DNA of 58,270 nt, filler included, from Sandaracinaceae bacterium (GCA_947483975.1; 5 parts of 5 records of this genome joined end to end with filler, not necessarily neighbours in it); one strand, 5' to 3'; shown: positions 35,783-46,660, numbered from the whole stretch's first letter. Notes: generated by a model from the sequence alone, not told the origin. Made by a program: numbers and translations.

Positions 35783-36177
35783 GGTGCTTCTCCCGAGCCG
35801 ACGACGCCCTCGCGCAGCACGTACTGCGACGAAGCGGGGCTCCCTCCGGTCGAACCACCGAACGTCGTGGTGCTCACCAAGCGATAGCGAGCGCTCATCG
35901 AGACGGTGCCGCCCGCGACGATGCCCATGGCGTTGACGCCGCGGACGGTGCCGCCGCCGTCGACGTCGCCGCCGTCGACGTTGCCGCCGTCGACGTTGCC
36001 GCCGTCAGCGCCGCCGCCATCGACCTCCCCGCCATCGACGAGGACGTCTCCATCCGTGCCGCCGAGGTCAGCGGGACCAGCGTCACGGGCCGTTGGCCCC
36101 CCCCCAGCGCAGCCTGCGCTGGCGATGGCCAGCGCGATCAGCGGAACTATTCGACGGAACGATCTCGGTTTATGCAA
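35779..36177 (-). CDS. Small lipoprotein with DGG repeats, coupled to the collagen gene
   Basis: Lipobox SAGC; VDGGN repeats; ATGA overlap with the downstream gene. Confidence 0.7.
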   Translation of the reverse strand: MHKPRSFRRIVPLIALAIASAGCAGGGPTARDAGPADLGGTDGDVLVDGGEVDGGGADGGNVDGGNVDGGDVDGGGTVRGVNAMGIVAGGTVSMSARYRLVSTTTFGGSTGGSPASSQYVLREGVVGSGEAP

Positions 36178-36330
36178 GGCGCTTACTCCTCCGCGCGATG
36201 ACGGCCTCCGCGCACCGACCTTTGCAGCAGCAACTATCGACCTTGCCGGTCGACCGAGTGACGCGTCAACACGTTTCCGCTACAGCGACTAAAAACGCAA
36301 CCACGCCACCCGACATGGTCCGACCCCGTC

Positions 36331-37857
36331 TCAAGTCAGGGACGCTACGAGGCGGTCCGCGAGGTAGCGCGACACGGTGAGGATCGGCGTCATCGTGTGG
36401 CTCGACGCGCTGCTCGGGAAGCCCGACGAGTCGAACACGTAGACGCCCGTGGTGCCGTGAACGCGCCCGCCGAGATCGAGGGCGCCGTCGCGCGGCGACG
36501 CGGCGAAGCGCAGCGTCCCTTGCTGATGGGCGCTCAGCAGCGGGGCGGTGGCAGGTCGCAGGTCGAGGGCGTCGACCTCCTCGAGATCGGCGAGCGAGCG
36601 AATGACGATGGGCGGCACCACCGGCACCAGCACCTCCACCGCCCCGGCGGCGAGATACGCCTTCGCCCCAGCGCGCACGGCCGCGCGGGCGCGCTCGAGC
36701 AGGTCGGGGCGCGCGGTGTAGTCGACGCGCACTCGCCCGGAGGGCAGCACGCTGACGCGGCCCGAGGGCGCGTCCGGAATCAGGAGCAGCGCGGCGGCGA
36801 TGTGATCGTACTCCGCCATCATCTGCGGGCCCTTGGCGCCGACGAACGGCAGCAGAGAGCCGACGATGCCCGGAGTGCCCATCACCGCTTCGATGCGGAA
36901 GCCCCAGAGCCCGTGTTCCGGGTGGGCTTCTTGCTCGAACTCGGTGATCGCGAAGGACTGCGGGATCCCGCGAAAGGCGCGCACCGGCTGAGCGAAGCGC
37001 GCGACGAGCGGCAGCTGCGGCTGCAACATCAGGTGCTGGCCGACGTGCTCGTTGCCGACGCCTGAGCGCAACAGCAGCTGCGCGCTCGAGACGGCGCTCG
37101 CGGCGACGATCACGTGCTGCGCGCGAATCCGCACCTCGCCCCGCTCGTGGTGCCCAGCCGAATCGAGCACACGGCAGACGACCGTCTTCGTCGCTTGGGT
37201 CGCGCCCTCGATCCGCACGGCGCGCGCGCGCAGGACGAAGTTCGCCCCGGCGCTGAGGGCTGCAGGAATGGCCACGAAGCGCGGCCCCTGCTTCGCGTCG
37301 AGCGGACAGCCGATCAGGCAAGTGCCGAGTCCGCCGCAGTTGCGGCGGTTGTGCATCATCACCTCTCCGCGCCAGCCGAGCGCCTGCGCGCCCGCTCGCA
37401 GCAGGCGATTCGCCTCGTTGACTTGGGACTCATCGATGCGGCTCGCGCGGAGGTCCGCGAGGGCGCGCTCCCGATACGGACCGAGCGCGCGCGTCATCTC
37501 GCCGAGTCCGAAGCGCCGCTCCCAGTGCGCGAGCACGCCGTCGGGGATCGGCACGACGTCAGCCGCGTTGATCACGCCGCCTCCGCCGAGCGCGCGCCCC
37601 TGCATCACGGAGATCGCGAGGTCGTCTGTCGCGCGCCCGCCGCGGTCCATGTAGAGCGCGTCGTACATCGCGGCATCGCGCTGCGTGAGCGCGCGGCCCG
37701 TGCGGTCCGAGCCCTCCTCGAGCACGAGCACCTCGTGCCCCGCCTCCGCGAGGACCTGCGCGGCGGTCGCGCCGCCACAGCCTGAGCCGACGATGCAGAT
37801 CTCCACGCTGCGGTCGCGCAGCGCCGCGCGCGAGGCGTCGAGGATCGCGCCGCTCAC
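36331..37857 (-). CDS. GMC-family flavin oxidoreductase
   Basis: VGSGCGG (FAD binding), GRALGGGGVIN, C...GTCLIGCP and SAHQQGT; GTG start overlaps the upstream stop. Confidence 0.9.
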   Translation of the reverse strand: MSGAILDASRAALRDRSVEICIVGSGCGGATAAQVLAEAGHEVLVLEEGSDRTGRALTQRDAAMYDALYMDRGGRATDDLAISVMQGRALGGGGVINAADVVPIPDGVLAHWERRFGLGEMTRALGPYRERALADLRASRIDESQVNEANRLLRAGAQALGWRGEVMMHNRRNCGGLGTCLIGCPLDAKQGPRFVAIPAALSAGANFVLRARAVRIEGATQATKTVVCRVLDSAGHHERGEVRIRAQHVIVAASAVSSAQLLLRSGVGNEHVGQHLMLQPQLPLVARFAQPVRAFRGIPQSFAITEFEQEAHPEHGLWGFRIEAVMGTPGIVGSLLPFVGAKGPQMMAEYDHIAAALLLIPDAPSGRVSVLPSGRVRVDYTARPDLLERARAAVRAGAKAYLAAGAVEVLVPVVPPIVIRSLADLEEVDALDLRPATAPLLSAHQQGTLRFAASPRDGALDLGGRVHGTTGVYVFDSSGFPSSASSHTMTPILTVSRYLADRLVASLT

Positions 37858-38384
37858 TCGGCCCCTCCGAACGCGGGCCCGGGATAGCCGAGGTGCGGCC
37901 ACAGCTCCGGCCGATCGTAGAGGCTGAGGTTGAAGAACTTGCGGAGCGCGACGGTGAGCTTGCGCCGCGTCAGGTCGTCGCCGCGCATCCAACCCTCGAA
38001 GAAACGCGCGCGCGCGTCGACCGAGAGGCGTGAGAACGGGCTCGCGCCGTGCCCATCGAGCACCGGCCCCAGCTCGAGCAGCAGCAGGGCGTTCCGCAGC
38101 TGCGAGGCGACCTCCTCGGGCTCGTCCGCGAGATAGACGTCGAACGCGCGCGGCAACTCCAGCGCTGCGACGTCCACGCCGCAGCCGGCGTCCGCCGTGA
38201 AGAGCGCCTCGACCAAGCGCTCGAGCGTCAGGTACTGGTGCGCGTCGATCGCGCGCAGACGCAGCCGCGAAGGCGCACAACCGCGCAGGTAGACGCCCGC
38301 GCCCACACCGCTGACGACGAGCGCGCCCGCCGAGAGCAGGCCGAGCCCGAGGACGCGACGGCGAGTGAATCGCGCAGACGGCAC
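37854..38384 (-). CDS. Tat-signal partner subunit (gluconate-2-dehydrogenase subunit 3-like)
   Basis: FTRRRVL twin-arginine motif, FSRL...R and W..LGYPGP; coupled to the GMC gene. Confidence 0.7.
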   Translation of the reverse strand: MPSARFTRRRVLGLGLLSAGALVVSGVGAGVYLRGCAPSRLRLRAIDAHQYLTLERLVEALFTADAGCGVDVAALELPRAFDVYLADEPEEVASQLRNALLLLELGPVLDGHGASPFSRLSVDARARFFEGWMRGDDLTRRKLTVALRKFFNLSLYDRPELWPHLGYPGPAFGGAE

Positions 38385-38477
38385 AGCCGATCGTGCCTGT
38401 GCGCTGTGCCCTTGTCGAGAGTCGACGACCCGCGTCGAAGACGGCTGATCGCCGCGCCCGCGGGCCCGCGAGTCCGC

Positions 38478-39002
38478 TCAGCGCGCGACGTAGCCCGCGA
38501 GGACGCCCGCGCTCCCGACCGAGAATTCGTAGAGCACGAGCGTGTCGGCGCCAAACTCGTTGTTCTGCCGCACATCGCAGGTGCTCAGCCAGCAAGCGCG
38601 CGCCGTCAGGACCGGCGGCGAGCAGTTCTCGACCTCGACGGACGACGGATCATGGGCAGTCCGCTTGATGAAGTCCTCCGCGCCCGCGAGCTCCGCCTCG
38701 CCCCCGCCCATATCCGGCACAGGTCCACAGCGCTCCTCTAGCGCGGCGCCGGTCAGCGCCTCCGCGACAGGCGGACTCCCGAGATCCGGGGCCCCCTCGG
38801 TCGGGCTCGCAAGGGCTGCCGCGGGCTGCGCGCCGGCGTCCTCCTCGACGGCTGCCACGGGCGGCACCGCGACCGCTTGCGGCGCCCCCACAGCAGGCCG
38901 CGCGGGCTCCTGCTGCGGAGTGTTGCAAGCAGTCGCACCGAGGCAGAGCGCCAGCGCCACTCCGAAGGAGCGCGGTGCCGAGCGACGGCGACTCACGCTC
39001 AC
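38478..39002 (-). CDS. Hypothetical lipoprotein
   Basis: Lipobox ATAC; Pro/Ala linker; C-terminal domain with HDPSS...RQNNEFGA; GTG overlaps the pepF stop. Confidence 0.6.
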   Translation of the reverse strand: MSVSRRRSAPRSFGVALALCLGATACNTPQQEPARPAVGAPQAVAVPPVAAVEEDAGAQPAAALASPTEGAPDLGSPPVAEALTGAALEERCGPVPDMGGGEAELAGAEDFIKRTAHDPSSVEVENCSPPVLTARACWLSTCDVRQNNEFGADTLVLYEFSVGSAGVLAGYVAR

Positions 39003-41032
39003 GGCTGCACGCTCGGAGCGGCGCCGGGCTGAGCCGCCGTCCGGCGACTCAAGATCTCCTCCATCTGACCGAGCGACTCGTCGAGGAGTCGCGCCGCGGC
39101 CGCGACGACCTCGGGCTGACTCGGGTCGACGCCCGCGGCGCGCAGCAGCTCGAGCGGCGGACGCGACGAGCCCGCGGACAACATCCCGAGATAAGCGTCG
39201 CGCGCCCCGGGCGTGCCCTCCCGCACTCGCTCGCTCAGCGCGATGCCCGAGCAGAGGCCCATGGCATACGAGTACACGTAGAACTTGTAATAAAAATGCG
39301 GCACATAAGCCCACTCCATCCCGTCGTTCGGGCCGAGCGTCAGCGCGTCGCCGTAATAGCGGCGCACGAGGTCTGAGTAGGTATCGCGCAGGAGCTCGGC
39401 GGTGATCGGAGTGCCGTGCTCGACGGCCGTGTGCAGCGCGAGCTCGAACGACGCGAACAGCGACTGCCGGTAGACGGTCGTGCGGATCGACTCGACGAGC
39501 TGCCCGAGCAGGAACAGACGCTCGTCGTCATTCTGCGCGTGCGCGATCAGGTGCCGAAGCACCATCACCTCGTTGAAGGTCGAGGCCGTCTCGGCGACCA
39601 TCGAGACCGCGCTCGCGGTCACGTAGGGCTGCGTCCGGTTGCTGTACTGCGCGTGCATCGCGTGCCCAAATTCGTGGGCGAGCGTGAGCACATCGTCGAG
39701 CTCCTCGAAGTAGTTGACGAGCACGAACGGGTGCGTGCCGTAGATGTTCGCCGAGAACGCGCCGCTGTCCTTGCCGTGGTGCGGATAGACGTCGATCCAG
39801 CCGCTCGCCGGGCGCAGGCCCTCAGCCAAGCTCGCGCCGTACTCCGGACCGAGCGGGGCGAGCGCCTCCTCGACGACGCCGACCGCCGCCTCGTAGGGAA
39901 TGCGACTCTCGACCGGCGGCACGAGGGGCGGATAGAGGTCGTAGACGTGGAGCTCGTCGAGCTGCATCTGCCGCTTGCGAAGGCGGGTGTAGCGGTGGAG
40001 CGGCTCGAGGTTCGCCTCGACCGCCGTCACGAGGTTGCGATACACGGCGGGCGCGACCTCGTCGCGGTCGAGATAGGCGTCGAGGGCGGTCGCGTAGCCG
40101 CGCGAGCGCGCGAGCGAGACGGTCAATCGAGCCTGCCCGCCGAGCAGCGCGGTGAAGCTCCGGTCGAAGCTGCGCAGCACGCCAAAGAAGCCTTCGACGG
40201 TGTCGCGTCGGACGCGGCGGTCGCTCGAGCTGCGGTACTTCCCGTAGCTCGCGAGCGTCAACGCGACGCTCTGCCCGTGCTCGTCGGTGATGGTCGGGAG
40301 CTGGACCTGATCGATCAGCGCTTGAAAGCCGCGCTCCGGGTCCGCGGGGAGCTCGTTGAGGTCGATCTCTGCGAACTGATTGTCGCCCATCAGCGACAAC
40401 ACATTCTCCGCCTCGGCGCCGAGCACATGGGCGCGGCGACGGCGAATCTGCTCGATGTACGGGCGATGCACGGCGAGCGCGGGCTCGCGTCGGTAGGCGC
40501 GCGCGAGCGTGTCGTCGCTGAGCGCGAGGAGGTCCCCGCGCAGCGTGGTCGCGGCGGAGATCAGCGCGCGCATGGCCGCTTGGCTCCGCTCCGCCCTCCC
40601 CTGCACGGCGGTCGACTCCGAGTCCGTCGACTGCTGCAGGTTCGCGTACATCGTCAGGCGATTGGCCGCGAGGCGGGCCGCGAGATAGAGGTCGAGACAC
40701 GCGCGCAGGCGGGCCGAGTCGCCGAGCGCCCCGTGGCAGCCCGCGAGCTGCTCGACCTGTCGGGCGTTCTCGGTGAGCGCCTGATCGAACGCGGCGTCAT
40801 CCGCGAAGAGCGGCGTGAGGTCCCAGCGATAGCCCGCCGGAATCTGCGCGCGCTCGACGTTCGCGTCGGGCCCAGCCGAACCGGGCGCAGGCGTCGGGGT
40901 CGGCGCGGGAGTCGGCGCGGGCGTCGCGGTCGGAGCGGCGGTCGCGGCGCTCGGCCGCGGTGGCCCGCCACAGCTCGCGAGAGCGACGAGCAGCAGCGCG
41001 GTGAACAGGACGCGGGGACGGACTTGGCTCAT
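38999..41032 (-). CDS. pepF: Oligoendopeptidase F (M3B), lipoprotein form
   Basis: RWDLTPLF, WIDVYP..GKDSGAFS, TLAHEFGHAMH, AETAST and HFYYKFYVYSY; lipobox LASC. Confidence 0.92.
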   Translation of the reverse strand: MSQVRPRVLFTALLLVALASCGGPPRPSAATAAPTATPAPTPAPTPTPAPGSAGPDANVERAQIPAGYRWDLTPLFADDAAFDQALTENARQVEQLAGCHGALGDSARLRACLDLYLAARLAANRLTMYANLQQSTDSESTAVQGRAERSQAAMRALISAATTLRGDLLALSDDTLARAYRREPALAVHRPYIEQIRRRRAHVLGAEAENVLSLMGDNQFAEIDLNELPADPERGFQALIDQVQLPTITDEHGQSVALTLASYGKYRSSSDRRVRRDTVEGFFGVLRSFDRSFTALLGGQARLTVSLARSRGYATALDAYLDRDEVAPAVYRNLVTAVEANLEPLHRYTRLRKRQMQLDELHVYDLYPPLVPPVESRIPYEAAVGVVEEALAPLGPEYGASLAEGLRPASGWIDVYPHHGKDSGAFSANIYGTHPFVLVNYFEELDDVLTLAHEFGHAMHAQYSNRTQPYVTASAVSMVAETASTFNEVMVLRHLIAHAQNDDERLFLLGQLVESIRTTVYRQSLFASFELALHTAVEHGTPITAELLRDTYSDLVRRYYGDALTLGPNDGMEWAYVPHFYYKFYVYSYAMGLCSGIALSERVREGTPGARDAYLGMLSAGSSRPPLELLRAAGVDPSQPEVVAAAARLLDESLGQMEEILSRRTAAQPGAAPSVQP

Positions 41033-41133
41033 GAGAGGCTCCGGTGGGCGCGAGGCGAGGGCACGTCGAGCGTGCGCAGAGTGCCGCACCTCGAGCAGAT
41101 CGAGAAGCGGAGCTCCGCGGAAGCGAGGCGGGC

Positions 41134-42843
41134 TCACTCTTCCCCGTCGAGCACCAGCCTCGTCAGGTGATCGAGCCCGACGTTCCCCGAGCCGAGCACG
41201 CGCGCGTGGAACTCCTTCAGATCGAACGCTGAGCCGAGGCGCCTCTCGAGCTCGCGGCGCAGCTCGAGCAGCACGCGCTGACCGACCTTGTACGAGATGG
41301 CCTGTCCCGGCCAGCCGAGGTAGCGAGTCATCTCGGAGAGCGCGTGCTCCGGCTGAACGCCGCCCATCGTCTCCAGCATCTCGACGCCGAGCTCGAAGGA
41401 CCAGGCTTCGCCTGGATGGAACGCCTGATCGCTCGGGATCGGCAGCGCGAGATGAGCGCCGAGGTCGAGGACGACCCGACACGCTCGAATCATCTGACAG
41501 GACAGCATCCCAAAGAGGTATTCCGGCTTCTCGTAATAGCCGAGTTCGGCCATCACTTGCTCTGCGTAGAGCGCCCATCCCTCGGCATAACCAGAATAGC
41601 CGTCCGCGAGCCTGTGCAGTCGACTCAAGCGCTCGGTCAGCGCGATCTGCACGCCGATCTGCAGATGATGGCCAGGGAAGCCCTCATGATAGGCGGTCGC
41701 GATCTCGTCGAAGAGCGGGAGAGTCGCCGCGGTGCCGAGCGAATACCACACACAGCCTGGTCGGGTGAATCCATCCGAGGGAGGCGCGTAGTACGCCCCG
41801 AGCGGGCCGCCCGGAGGAGCGAGCTTGACCTCGAGTTCACGCACCGGCGCCGGGACCTCGAAGTGCGTCCCAGACAACTGCGCGAGCGCCTCGCGCTGCC
41901 GCGCGCGCATCACCTCGAGGAACGCCTCGACGGTCGGCGCACAGCGGGCGGGGTCGGTCTTCAAGAGGTCGAGCACCTCGGGCACGCTCTTGCCAGGCGC
42001 GATCTCCGAGGCGAGCGCGCGCATCTGCGCGGCGATCGTGGCCATCTCGCGCCAGCCCCAGGCGTACGTCTCCTCAGGGTCGATCGACGTGCCGAGGAAG
42101 CGCTGCGCCTCACGCAGATACTGCGCGCGGCCGACGCCATCCTCCGCGCGAGCGTGCGGCAGATAGACCTCTTCGAGCCACGCGACGAGCCGGCCGTAGT
42201 GCGCGCACGCGCGCGGCGCGGCCTCGGCGAGACGGGCGCTCAGCGCGACCTCGTGCACGCCCGCCTGCGCCATCGCGGCGGGGAGCGTGCGGAAGTACGA
42301 GTCCTCGCCGGCGTATACGCGCCCTTGCTCGAGCACCGCCTGGACCTGCCGCACCGCGACGACTCGACCGCTGCGCAGCCCGAGCTCGAGCGAGCGCCGG
42401 TAGCCCTCGAGCACCTCGCCGAGCGACTCCAGACGGCTGACGCGGGCGCGCCAGCCGAGCTCCGTCGTGCCGTCCATCACGTCGAAGACCATGCGCACGA
42501 ACTGAAACGGCGACGCGATGCTGTTGAGGTCGCAGAGGTGGTCCTGGTGCTCGAAGCGATCGAGCTCGAGCCGGAGGACGTCCGCGAGCACGTCGGCGGC
42601 GAGTCGCTCCCAGCGGGACGCTCCAGGCGCTGCGTGGGCGGGCAATCGCGCCGCGAGCGCGCTGAGGCGGGCGTGCACGCGCTCGTGGCCCTCGGGGCTG
42701 AGGTCGTCCCACTCGCCGTCGCGTCCCGGCAACCCCCAGACGGTCGCGGTGATCGGGCGAAGCTCGACCATCGCCTCGACGACCGCCTCGCTGAGCGCGA
42801 ACGGGTCCTCGACAGCTGCGGGGACGGTAGGCTCGGACGGCAT
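41134..42843 (-). CDS. DUF885-family protein
   Basis: YHEGFPGHHLQ, YAEGWALYAE and RYLGWPGQAISYKVG. Confidence 0.9.
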   Translation of the reverse strand: MPSEPTVPAAVEDPFALSEAVVEAMVELRPITATVWGLPGRDGEWDDLSPEGHERVHARLSALAARLPAHAAPGASRWERLAADVLADVLRLELDRFEHQDHLCDLNSIASPFQFVRMVFDVMDGTTELGWRARVSRLESLGEVLEGYRRSLELGLRSGRVVAVRQVQAVLEQGRVYAGEDSYFRTLPAAMAQAGVHEVALSARLAEAAPRACAHYGRLVAWLEEVYLPHARAEDGVGRAQYLREAQRFLGTSIDPEETYAWGWREMATIAAQMRALASEIAPGKSVPEVLDLLKTDPARCAPTVEAFLEVMRARQREALAQLSGTHFEVPAPVRELEVKLAPPGGPLGAYYAPPSDGFTRPGCVWYSLGTAATLPLFDEIATAYHEGFPGHHLQIGVQIALTERLSRLHRLADGYSGYAEGWALYAEQVMAELGYYEKPEYLFGMLSCQMIRACRVVLDLGAHLALPIPSDQAFHPGEAWSFELGVEMLETMGGVQPEHALSEMTRYLGWPGQAISYKVGQRVLLELRRELERRLGSAFDLKEFHARVLGSGNVGLDHLTRLVLDGEE

Positions 42844-42941
42844 AGGCGACGACGCTAACACGCTCGCCGGTGGACCGGCGCGCAGCCCGCGAGGCGCATT
42901 CGGGCCCAGCCCGCGCGAGCTCGGCTGGTATCCTCCGCCCA

Positions 42942-43571
42942 ATGCCCACGACGAAGCCGCCCAAGACGAAGCCGCCCAAGACGAAGGCGCCGAAGAGCCC
43001 GAGCAAGAAGCCGAGCGAGCCCGCCGCGGGCGCTCGCGCTGCTGACGCGCGGCCCACGAAGGCGGTCGCGCTCGGGCCCGTCGCGCGCGTGGCCGAAGGC
43101 GCGCGGCGCTGGCTGATCAAGAGCGAAGCCGAGGTGTACGGCATCGCCGACCTCGAGCGCGACGCGCACACCGCGTGGGAGGGAGTGCGGAATTACCAGG
43201 CGCGCAACTTCATGCGCGATGGGATGCGCGCGGGGGATCTCGTGCTCTTCTATCACTCGAACGCGGAGCCCTCGGGCGTCGCTGGCGTGGCGTGCGTGCA
43301 CGGTCCCGCGCTGCCGGATCCGACGCAATTCGACGCCACGAGCGAGTACTTCGACGGGACGAGCAGCCCCCGCGAGCCGCGCTGGATGATGGTGCCTTTC
43401 GCCTTCGTCGAGCGCTTTGCCGAGGTCGTGCCGCTCGAGGTGCTGAAGGCCGACGCCGCGCTCGCCGACATGCTCGTGGTCCAGAAGGGACAGCGCCTCT
43501 CCGTGCAGCCCGTCAGCGGCCCGCACTTCGCCCGCGTGCTCGGCCTCGCGGGCGCTCAGACCAAAGCCTGA
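42942..43571 (+). CDS. EVE-domain protein with a Lys/Pro-rich N-terminal extension
   Basis: WLIKSE, WEGVRNYQARNFMRD, FYHSN and RLSVQPV. Confidence 0.92.
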   Translation: MPTTKPPKTKPPKTKAPKSPSKKPSEPAAGARAADARPTKAVALGPVARVAEGARRWLIKSEAEVYGIADLERDAHTAWEGVRNYQARNFMRDGMRAGDLVLFYHSNAEPSGVAGVACVHGPALPDPTQFDATSEYFDGTSSPREPRWMMVPFAFVERFAEVVPLEVLKADAALADMLVVQKGQRLSVQPVSGPHFARVLGLAGAQTKA

Positions 43572-43700
43572 CGTACCGCGGGCCGACTCCTGCGCGACCC
43601 GCGCGCGGCCACGGCGCCTCGCGCCTGATTTCGCGAAGTGGGCAATACGGCCGCGTTCGCTGCGTGTTAGCGTGCTCGCCCTCGAGGAGAGTCCCACCGA

Positions 43701-45170
43701 ATGAGCGTAGCCACCGACCGTCCCGCCGCCGCGCCCCCAGAGTCCCCAGAGGCGCCCCGCACTGCCCTCCGCGTGTACCTGCTGATGGTCGCAGTCGGCG
43801 CCTTCGCGACGACCTTCGCGCAGGAGCGAGTGACGCTCGGGAACTACCCGATCCTCTTCCACCTGAAGAACGACCTGCACTTCGGCAAGGAGCAGGTCAG
43901 CGAGTTCTTCATGTGGGCGACGTTCGCCTGGAACCTCAAGCCGCTCGCGGGCGTGCTCACCGACGCCTTCCCGATCCGCGGCTCGCGCCGGCGCCTCTAC
44001 ATGGTGCTCGGAGGGCTGCTCGCGGGCGTCTCGTGGATGGCGCTCAACTTCGTCCGCAACGACTACCCGAGCTTCCTCTTCGTCTCGATCGTGCTCAACA
44101 TCGGCCTGGTGCTCGCGAGCACCGCGATGGGCGGGATGCAGGTCGAGGCGGGGCAGCTCTACGGCATCTCGGGGCGCGTCTCTTCGCTGCGGCAGATCGT
44201 GATGTCCGTGTCGCAGATCGGCGCGCCGCTCCTCGGCGGCTGGCTCGCCGAGAAGAACTTCGGCTACACCGCCGGCATCGGCGCGTTCGTGACCCTCGGG
44301 CTCGCGGTGTTCGCGTTCACGTACTTCCGAGAGGCGCCCGCGGCGCCCGCCGCCAAGCTCACCGCAGAGGACCGCGCGCGCCCGGGCTATCGGCCGACGC
44401 TGTCGGTCCTCGGCGGGATCCTCGCGATCGGCACGGCGGGCACGGTCAGCCTGCTGACGCCCGGCATGAAGAACGTCGGTTTCTCCCTCTTCGCGCTGCT
44501 CACGGTGTTCCTGCTCGTGCTCGCCCTCGCGATGTCGCGCGTCGAGAACCCGGTGCTCTTTCGCGCGCAGGGGCAGCTCTCGCAGATCCTCAAGTCGCGC
44601 ACGCTCTGGCTCGCCGTCGGGATGCTCTTCCTCGTCTATACGGTGCCCGGGCTGAACACCGCGCTCACGTTCACGCAGAGCGATGTGCTGCACTTCTCCG
44701 AGGCGAAGATCGGCACGCTCGCGAGCATCGAGGGCGCGGCGGGCGTGGTGTTCGCGATCCTCTACGCGGTCGTGTGCAGCCGCTTCAACCTGCGCACGCT
44801 GATCATCGTGTCGATCGCGATGAACGCCGCGGGCACGCTGCTCTTCCTCAAGTACAGCGACTCGACGGCGTACTTCACGCACGGCGTGATCGGCGCAGTC
44901 GCGGTGCTCGCGGAGCTCTCGCTGATGGACCTCGCCGTCCGCTCGACGCCGCGCGGCTGCGAGGCGCTCGGCTTCGCGCTGATGATGAGCGTCCGCAATT
45001 TCGGCATCGCGCTGAGCGACGTCGTCGGCTCGAAGCTGATGGACCAGTACCACCTGAGCTTCACCACGCTCGTGCTCGTCAACGCCGGGACGACGGCGGT
45101 CATCTTGCTGTTCGTGCCGCTCCTCCCGAAGGCGCTCGTGCTCCGGCGCGAGGGGCAGCCCGCCACTTGA
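43701..45170 (+). CDS. MFS transporter, folate-biopterin (BT1) family
   Basis: WNLKPLAGVLTDAFPIRGSRRRLY and P.GCEALGFALMMS; many transmembrane segments. Confidence 0.8.
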   Translation: MSVATDRPAAAPPESPEAPRTALRVYLLMVAVGAFATTFAQERVTLGNYPILFHLKNDLHFGKEQVSEFFMWATFAWNLKPLAGVLTDAFPIRGSRRRLYMVLGGLLAGVSWMALNFVRNDYPSFLFVSIVLNIGLVLASTAMGGMQVEAGQLYGISGRVSSLRQIVMSVSQIGAPLLGGWLAEKNFGYTAGIGAFVTLGLAVFAFTYFREAPAAPAAKLTAEDRARPGYRPTLSVLGGILAIGTAGTVSLLTPGMKNVGFSLFALLTVFLLVLALAMSRVENPVLFRAQGQLSQILKSRTLWLAVGMLFLVYTVPGLNTALTFTQSDVLHFSEAKIGTLASIEGAAGVVFAILYAVVCSRFNLRTLIIVSIAMNAAGTLLFLKYSDSTAYFTHGVIGAVAVLAELSLMDLAVRSTPRGCEALGFALMMSVRNFGIALSDVVGSKLMDQYHLSFTTLVLVNAGTTAVILLFVPLLPKALVLRREGQPAT

Positions 45171-45210
45171 GCCGACGACGAGGCCCGAGTCCGCCGGGAC
45201 GTGGCGCGCG

Positions 45211-46660
45211 TCAGCGCCACAGCTCGGCGCACACCCGCCCGATGGCGAGCGGGAGCTGCTCCGGGCTGCTCATCACGCTGTGGCGCGAGCGTCCGAACAT
45301 CTGCGGGAGATAGAAGCGCGCCTCCCGGTCGAACGCGAGCGCGTGCACATGCACTCCGTCGCGCTCGGCCTCGCGCACCGCTTGGCGCACGTCGGCGATG
45401 CCATAGCGCCCCTCGTAGCGGTCGTAGTCGTTGGGCTTGCCGTCCGTCAACAGCAGCAGAAGGCGCCGCCGCGCCTTGGTCCGGTCGAGGACGCGCGTCG
45501 CGTGTCGAAGCGCGGGGCCGATGCGCGTGTAGCCAGTCGGCTCGACCGACGCGAGGCGGTCGCGCACCGCGGGCCACGGCTCATCGAGGCCTTTGACGAC
45601 GGTGAAGCGGCAGTCGCGGCGCGTGTGGCTGTGGAACGTCGCGACCCCCAACTCGACCTCCGAGCCATCGAGCGCCTCCGCGATGCAGAGCGCGGCCTCT
45701 AGCTCGACGTCGAGGACGCGGCGGTCGGCGACCCAGCCGTCCGTGGACAGGCTCGCGTCGAGGAGCAGCACGACGGCAAGCTCCGGCGCGTGACGACGGC
45801 GAGAGCGATAGAGTCGGTCGGGCCCTGTATGGCCGCTGTGCAGGGAGGCGAGCCGATCGACCACGGCGTCCTCGTCGATCTCCGGTCCTTCGAGCTGCCG
45901 CGAGTGCCAGCGCCGCGCGTGCTCGATGCGCGTCAGCTCCGCGCGAATCGCGTCGATGCGCCGGGCGCTCCGCGCGTGCAGCGACCCGACGTAGGCGAGC
46001 GCCTCGGCCTTCGAGACCCGCGGCTCGAGCAGCGTCGGTCGGACTCGACACCACGCGGGGCGATAACAGCGCTCCTTCTCGTGCCACTCGTCGTAGGGAA
46101 TGCCGCCCTCGTCGGGCGCGTCCTCTCGGAGGTCGCCCGCCGTGCCCTCGAGCATCACATCGCAGCGCAGCAGCGACTGCGTGCGATCCGTGCTGCGGAG
46201 GACCTCGCGCAGGTCGAGTTCGTCGAGCGCGGCCGCGTGATCATCGAGCTCGTCCGCGCCGTCCGTGTTCTTGTTTCCGCCTTTGTATTCCTCGGCGGTG
46301 TGCACCTTCTCGAAGGAGTGCACGAGGGGATTGTCCTGCATGGGGTCCGACGGGAGCTCGATGCGGCGAAGCTGCTCTTTCGGGCGCGCCCGCAGCTCCG
46401 TCCCCGACGGCAGCCCCTCCGACGACGAGGGCACGCCGGTCGCGCGCGCCTGCGTGAGCTCGTCGTGCGCGCCGACCGCGCCCCAACACATCGGCACAGG
46501 CGGGAGGGGGATTCCCCCGCGCGCGCTGCCGAGCGCGTGTAGCCCGGGCGCGAGGTCGCGGACGGCGCTCCGCAGCTCCACGGCGTTCTGCGGCGCGCAC
46601 GCGAGCGCGGCGTCGAGCCAAGCGCGCTCCTTCGGCGACGCGAGTCCGTCTGCGCTCTGA
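45211..46660 (-). CDS. norD: NorD/CbbO-like VWA-domain protein (nitric oxide reductase activation), 5'-truncated
   Basis: YDEW, MIDAS DASLST, YTRIGPALRHA and LTDGKPNDYDRYEGRYGIAD; frame open to the contig end. Confidence 0.8.
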
